From: Candidatus Marinacidobacterales bacterium
Lineage (GTDB): Bacteria; Acidobacteriota; Vicinamibacteria; Marinacidobacterales; SMYC01
Assembly (NCBI GenBank): GCA_965224085.1
Contig: CBDCYI010000005.1
Coordinates: forward strand, 416,001 to 480,000
Direction of reading: 5' to 3'
Length of the DNA: 64,000 bases
Shown here: one piece after another, positions 60,079 through 64,000 of the stretch
Numbering within the stretch: position 1 is the stretch's first letter
Layout of the letters: every line of letters begins with the position of its first letter
Position numbers and translations under genes: made by a program
Notes under the pieces: generated by a model
What the model saw: the letters and a program-made list of their open reading frames with translations, nothing else
The model's database searches: none
Told to the model about the DNA's origin: nothing

Positions 60079-61446
60079 AACGTGGTTGAGCGCGTAGCCG
60101 AACAGGATAGCGAGGAAGGGCTCGATCTCCCAGCGCATGCGATCGTTCTCGCCGATCTCGATGAGGTTCGTGATCGCAGTGACCCACAAGATCGTGAGCA
60201 CCAGGTACGCGAAGACCCCTCCTGGGCCTTCCCGCGTCGCGCCGAGCACCCCGAGGCCAAGCACGAGGGGGAAGAGCACGAGCCAGAGGTTCGCAGGCGG
60301 CGCGAACATGCGGATGGGCCGCTCGATGGGACCACCCCAGAACAAATAGCGGGTCCACGCCGCGCGGTAGCGGTGCACGCGCTCGAAGTCGTATTCGACG
60401 AGAAAGTGCACAGAGTTCGGTCCCGGCTGCAGATAGAGGAGGAGCGCCGTCGTCACCCGGCGAAAGTAGCGCTCGGGGTGATTCAAGAGGATATCGATGT
60501 CGGCTTGGAACAGGGCGTCGGAGATGGTGACGTAGTCGCGGTGATTGAAGTTGGGCTCGCCGTTCGACTTGTAGAGCGCGTCGAGCGCCGGGTGCACGTG
60601 CTGTGGCTCTTGGAAGAAACCAAAGGCCTCGTAGTAGTCCGGCTCCTGAAACGGGCGCCTTTGCCAATAGGCAGGGATCACGCGCCGCTCTTTGAGCTCG
60701 TCGACCTCGTTTTGGGAAAGCGGCCACCGCTTCGTCAAGCTCAGGCCGAGCCAGCTGCTCGAAGCGTTGCTGCCGACGACTTCGTAGTTCTTGAGAGACC
60801 ACAAACTCACGATAACGAGCGGGATCGTAGCGGCGAGCAGGAAGCGCCGTCGCCCCTCGACGAAAGGCGTCAACGCGAGTGCTATGGCGACGAGCCAGAG
60901 AGGATGGAACGCGGAGCGCGTCAACATGACGAACGTCACGAGCGAGAGGAAGAGGGCGAGCATGGCCCGGCTTTGGCGCTCGAGAAAAAAAGTGAGCGCG
61001 ATCGCGGAGGCGAGCAGCAAGAACGCTATCGGCAAGGTATAGAAGAGCCAGTTGCGATAAACAGGAAAATTTGGTGCGAGCGCGAAGGCCAGACAAACGG
61101 CGCCGGCAATCGCATCAGCGATCCCGAGCCGGCGCATGAGCCACGCCGTCCCGAGAAGAATGGCGAGCGCCATCGCGCCGAAGAGAAAGGAGAAGACCGC
61201 AGGATAAGATTGTGGGAACGCCTTTATGACGATTCCGAGAAATAGGTTGAAAAGAGGCGGCTGCGCGTGAAGGTAGTAGAGCCCCTGCAAGAGGTCGTCT
61301 TGAAGAATCGAAGGATCGAGATATTGGTAGAGCGTGCCGAGCGTCTCCGCGGCGAAGCGGATGCCGAGAGCGCGGCCCAAAAGCTCGCTCGCACCGAAGG
61401 CCGCGAGGACAAAGAGGTAGAGAGCGCCTTCCCGAATCCGGTTCAT
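60046..61446 (-). CDS. Polytopic membrane protein (GT-C-like)
   Basis: Multiple TM segments, HAQPPLFNL and EIGENDRMR. Confidence 0.6.
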   Translation of the reverse strand: MNRIREGALYLFVLAAFGASELLGRALGIRFAAETLGTLYQYLDPSILQDDLLQGLYYLHAQPPLFNLFLGIVIKAFPQSYPAVFSFLFGAMALAILLGTAWLMRRLGIADAIAGAVCLAFALAPNFPVYRNWLFYTLPIAFLLLASAIALTFFLERQSRAMLALFLSLVTFVMLTRSAFHPLWLVAIALALTPFVEGRRRFLLAATIPLVIVSLWSLKNYEVVGSNASSSWLGLSLTKRWPLSQNEVDELKERRVIPAYWQRRPFQEPDYYEAFGFFQEPQHVHPALDALYKSNGEPNFNHRDYVTISDALFQADIDILLNHPERYFRRVTTALLLYLQPGPNSVHFLVEYDFERVHRYRAAWTRYLFWGGPIERPIRMFAPPANLWLVLFPLVLGLGVLGATREGPGGVFAYLVLTILWVTAITNLIEIGENDRMRWEIEPFLAILFGYALNHVLLFLRRLKGA

Positions 61447-61525
61447 GAGCATGAAACCGCGCGAGGATAGCACCGCGCTCTGGGCGGACGCGAGTCGTTA
61501 TAATCGACACGACAAGGAGGGACCC

Positions 61526-62362
61526 ATCAATATCCCGAACCGGCGGCGTCGATCAACGCCTCTCACGATCGATCGTATCGACGTCGCCCATGGCTCCCGC
61601 GAGCCCGTGGAAGACCACCTCGCGGTGGAAGAACCGCTCGAGATCCGTCTCGACGGAAAAAACGTCGCCGTGGTCATGCGCAGCCCCGGCAACGACGAAG
61701 AGCTCGCGGTCGGTTTTCTCTATACCGAAGCCATTCTGAAATCCCACGACGAGCTCGGCGGGGTGGAGCTCAAACAGGACCCCAAGAATCCCGAGCTCTC
61801 GAACGTCGTCGAAGTCACTTCCGCCGAAGGCATCGATCTCGAAAATCGCGGCTGGCAGCGCAACTTCGTCTCGGCTTCGAGCTGCGGGCTTTGCGGAAAA
61901 CTCACGATCGAGTCGGTGCGCCTTCACGTTCCGTCGGTGAGGAAGGACGCGCTTCACGTTTCCGCCGAGCTCCTGAGAGCGCTTCCCGACAAGATGCGCC
62001 GCGAGCAGGCGGGCTTCGACGAAACGGGAGGCCTCCACGCTGCCGGGCTTTTCGACCGCGACGGCGACCTCCTCATCATTCGCGAAGATATCGGCCGCCA
62101 CAATGCCGTGGACAAAGTCATTGGCACCGCATTTCTAGCTGGTGAGCTTCCGCTGTCGGAGCGCGTGCTCATGGTGAGCGGCCGCTCGAGCTTTGAGATC
62201 GTGCAAAAGGCACTAGTGGCCCGCATCCCGATCGTCGCGGGTGTGTCCGCCGCGTCGAACCTCGCCGTCGAGCTCGCCCAATCCTGCGGGATGGCGCTCG
62301 TCGGCTTCGTGCGAGGCTCATCGCTAAACGTCTACACAGGGAGCGACCGCATCGCGCTTTAG
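61526..62362 (+). CDS. fdhD: Formate dehydrogenase accessory sulfurtransferase
   Basis: AVEEPLEI, MRSPG, SSCGLCG, TGGLHAA, EDIGRHNAVDK and SGRSSFE motifs; start ambiguous (ATC 61526 versus ATG 61445/61451). Confidence 0.92.
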   Translation: MNIPNRRRRSTPLTIDRIDVAHGSREPVEDHLAVEEPLEIRLDGKNVAVVMRSPGNDEELAVGFLYTEAILKSHDELGGVELKQDPKNPELSNVVEVTSAEGIDLENRGWQRNFVSASSCGLCGKLTIESVRLHVPSVRKDALHVSAELLRALPDKMRREQAGFDETGGLHAAGLFDRDGDLLIIREDIGRHNAVDKVIGTAFLAGELPLSERVLMVSGRSSFEIVQKALVARIPIVAGVSAASNLAVELAQSCGMALVGFVRGSSLNVYTGSDRIAL

Positions 62363-62394
62363 ATCGAGCGCTTCTTCCAGTAGCTAGAGCAGCA

Positions 62395-64000
62395 TCACGG
62401 GGACGATTCGTTGCTGGCGGTGAATCGTGGTGACTGCAATAGCATGGCCCGCAGGACGGCTGGACGCCGATCAGCGAAGGTTTCCAGGTCGCGGATCGCG
62501 GTTTCCCAAACCGCGGTATCCTTTATCTTCGGAAAGTTCCTCTGCAGATCCTCCAGAATGTCGGGAGCGATGCCGTCATGAAGACGTCGGATGCGATCAC
62601 GGACGTTATTGGGCAGGAGCGTGCCCGCGAGCTGTCGCTCCGCTTCCTCGAGAATGAGCGTCTGAAAGCGAGGGTTTCGCATGAGACGCACGAATAATCT
62701 CGCCACCGGTGCATTCCTCAAGCGATAGACGTGCTTCAGTGTGTTGGCCTCGAAGCCGACCGGCCAACGTCCGACGCCGGCCTCGGCATCCCACACGAGG
62801 AACCTCCACTTTCCGTTCGGACGTCTGGGACGAGTCGCATAGTAGTTGACGTGTGGCCAGTCGTGGTTTTGCGCCCACAGGTTGAGAATCATGTATCGCG
62901 CGAATGCGACTTCGTCCATCATCTCCATGGCGCGCTCATAATGAGCATCGTCGCCGAGCTCGTAATCGGAGACGAAACTCAACAGCTCTTGCCAGGCGGT
63001 GAGGTCTCCGTTCATGGCCTGGCCCTCTTTGATCACGTCCCAATCCTCGCCCCACTTTGGAGAGCGAGACCCCAGGAAACTGGGGTCGATGCGCTCTACC
63101 ACGTTGAACAATCCTCGATAACGCATGTTCACGAAAAGGTTGTACCAGGCGCCTCGCACCGCGGGCGCTCCCATCTGTTCATGAAGAGATCGAACAAGGC
63201 TGTCTCGAATGAAAGAGGCGCCCGCTCCTTTTCTGAGCCCATCGCTGAAGTTGGCCCGTAGAACGAGCGTGTCGAAACCCTCGAGCTGCGATCCCGGTAT
63301 CAACGGGTACCTTAGCTTCCCAACGCCGTACTCATCGCGAAAGTGGATTCGGTACGATTTCTTGGCGCTCAATCCCCCGCTTCTTCCCAGGCCTCCATGA
63401 AGCCTCAACCCGATCCCACTTGCCGCCACCCGGCTGCCGTTCGGCGCAAACACCTCCACATGGCCTTCGCGCTCTCCCGTGCGACCACGAGCCTCTCGCT
63501 CGAGGTGGACCTGTCGGAAATCAAACGGCTTCATGGCCACGGACAGAATCGGCAGCTCGAGCGAATCGACGGAAAAAAAATAAGAATGGGTCTCCACCGG
63601 CGTGATGGCCTCGCCTTGTTGGAAACCAGCCGCCCGGACCACGGTCCCCGCTTCGCCGCCGGGTCGAAGGGTGAGCGGCGTCTCGTACAACCGACTGTCG
63701 GTCGTAGGCCTCGAGCCGTTCGTCGTATAGCGGATCGAAAGGCCGGGAAGCGATTCCAACGTGATGCGGACGGTTATGGGCTCTCGAAACTCTCCGCCCG
63801 CGGGGTCGAACTCCAGACGAGATGCTATGGGCGCGGCGAAAGCCGGTGACCGGTTCTCCTCACCAGGGCTAGGACGGAGATGATATAGGAAGTCTCCGGT
63901 TCCGTCAGGAGCGCGCCCGTAGGACCGGTCGCTCGTTTGAGGGGGAATGAGCACCGCATCGACAATCTTCCCGTCCGGAGCTGCAAGCAACAGAACCTCC
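62395..64000 (-). CDS. CotH kinase family protein with lamin-tail/chitobiase-like domains (5' end beyond window)
   Basis: SYGRAPDG, IRYTTNGSRPT, KKSYR, NHDWP..N and WRFLVWD motifs. Confidence 0.8.
   Translation of the reverse strand, partial: EVLLLAAPDGKIVDAVLIPPQTSDRSYGRAPDGTGDFLYHLRPSPGEENRSPAFAAPIASRLEFDPAGGEFREPITVRITLESLPGLSIRYTTNGSRPTTDSRLYETPLTLRPGGEAGTVVRAAGFQQGEAITPVETHSYFFSVDSLELPILSVAMKPFDFRQVHLEREARGRTGEREGHVEVFAPNGSRVAASGIGLRLHGGLGRSGGLSAKKSYRIHFRDEYGVGKLRYPLIPGSQLEGFDTLVLRANFSDGLRKGAGASFIRDSLVRSLHEQMGAPAVRGAWYNLFVNMRYRGLFNVVERIDPSFLGSRSPKWGEDWDVIKEGQAMNGDLTAWQELLSFVSDYELGDDAHYERAMEMMDEVAFARYMILNLWAQNHDWPHVNYYATRPRRPNGKWRFLVWDAEAGVGRWPVGFEANTLKHVYRLRNAPVARLFVRLMRNPRFQTLILEEAERQLAGTLLPNNVRDRIRRLHDGIAPDILEDLQRNFPKIKDTAVWETAIRDLETFADRRPAVLRAMLLQSPRFTASNESSP

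Noticed and set aside
272-63849. Many long antisense or shifted ORFs (e.g. 272..1471, 3519..4505, 30646..31911, 52118..53389, 60082..61245)
   Set aside because: They are shadow ORFs expected from high-GC codon bias opposite well-supported genes and have no motifs.

Overview
High-GC bacterial DNA, probably from an Acidobacteriota-like organism; this is inferred from GWxTD, CRTAC1/ASPIC, Oar-type TonB receptor and TMTC-like TPR genes. Most genes are metabolic, envelope or regulatory: Aas-like acyl-CoA synthetase, tesA-ybbAP, metF, nadQ-nadA-nadC, sigK/rskA-DUF4331, pxpA/pxpBC, ispG, gltA and fdhD. One complete IS630 element is present. The sequence is of draft quality, with many 1-nt frameshifts, isolated in-frame stops, collinear internal deletions and chimeric junctions, so pseudogene calls are provisional. 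The best hidden feature is a selenoprotein candidate that the ORF track splits (41242..39940, minus strand). It has an export signal, a TlpA/redoxin domain with W-A-S-W-[TGA]-A-G-C and a SECIS-like hairpin, a TPR-like region and a DsbD-N-like C-x6-C domain. Other highlights are a readable NadQ promoter/operator set, a duplicated ECF promoter motif, a possible ATC start for fdhD, two structured non-coding segments, and several normally cytoplasmic enzymes with export signals. No rRNA, tRNA or CRISPR array was recognised. All family assignments come from motif recognition by eye, not database searches.
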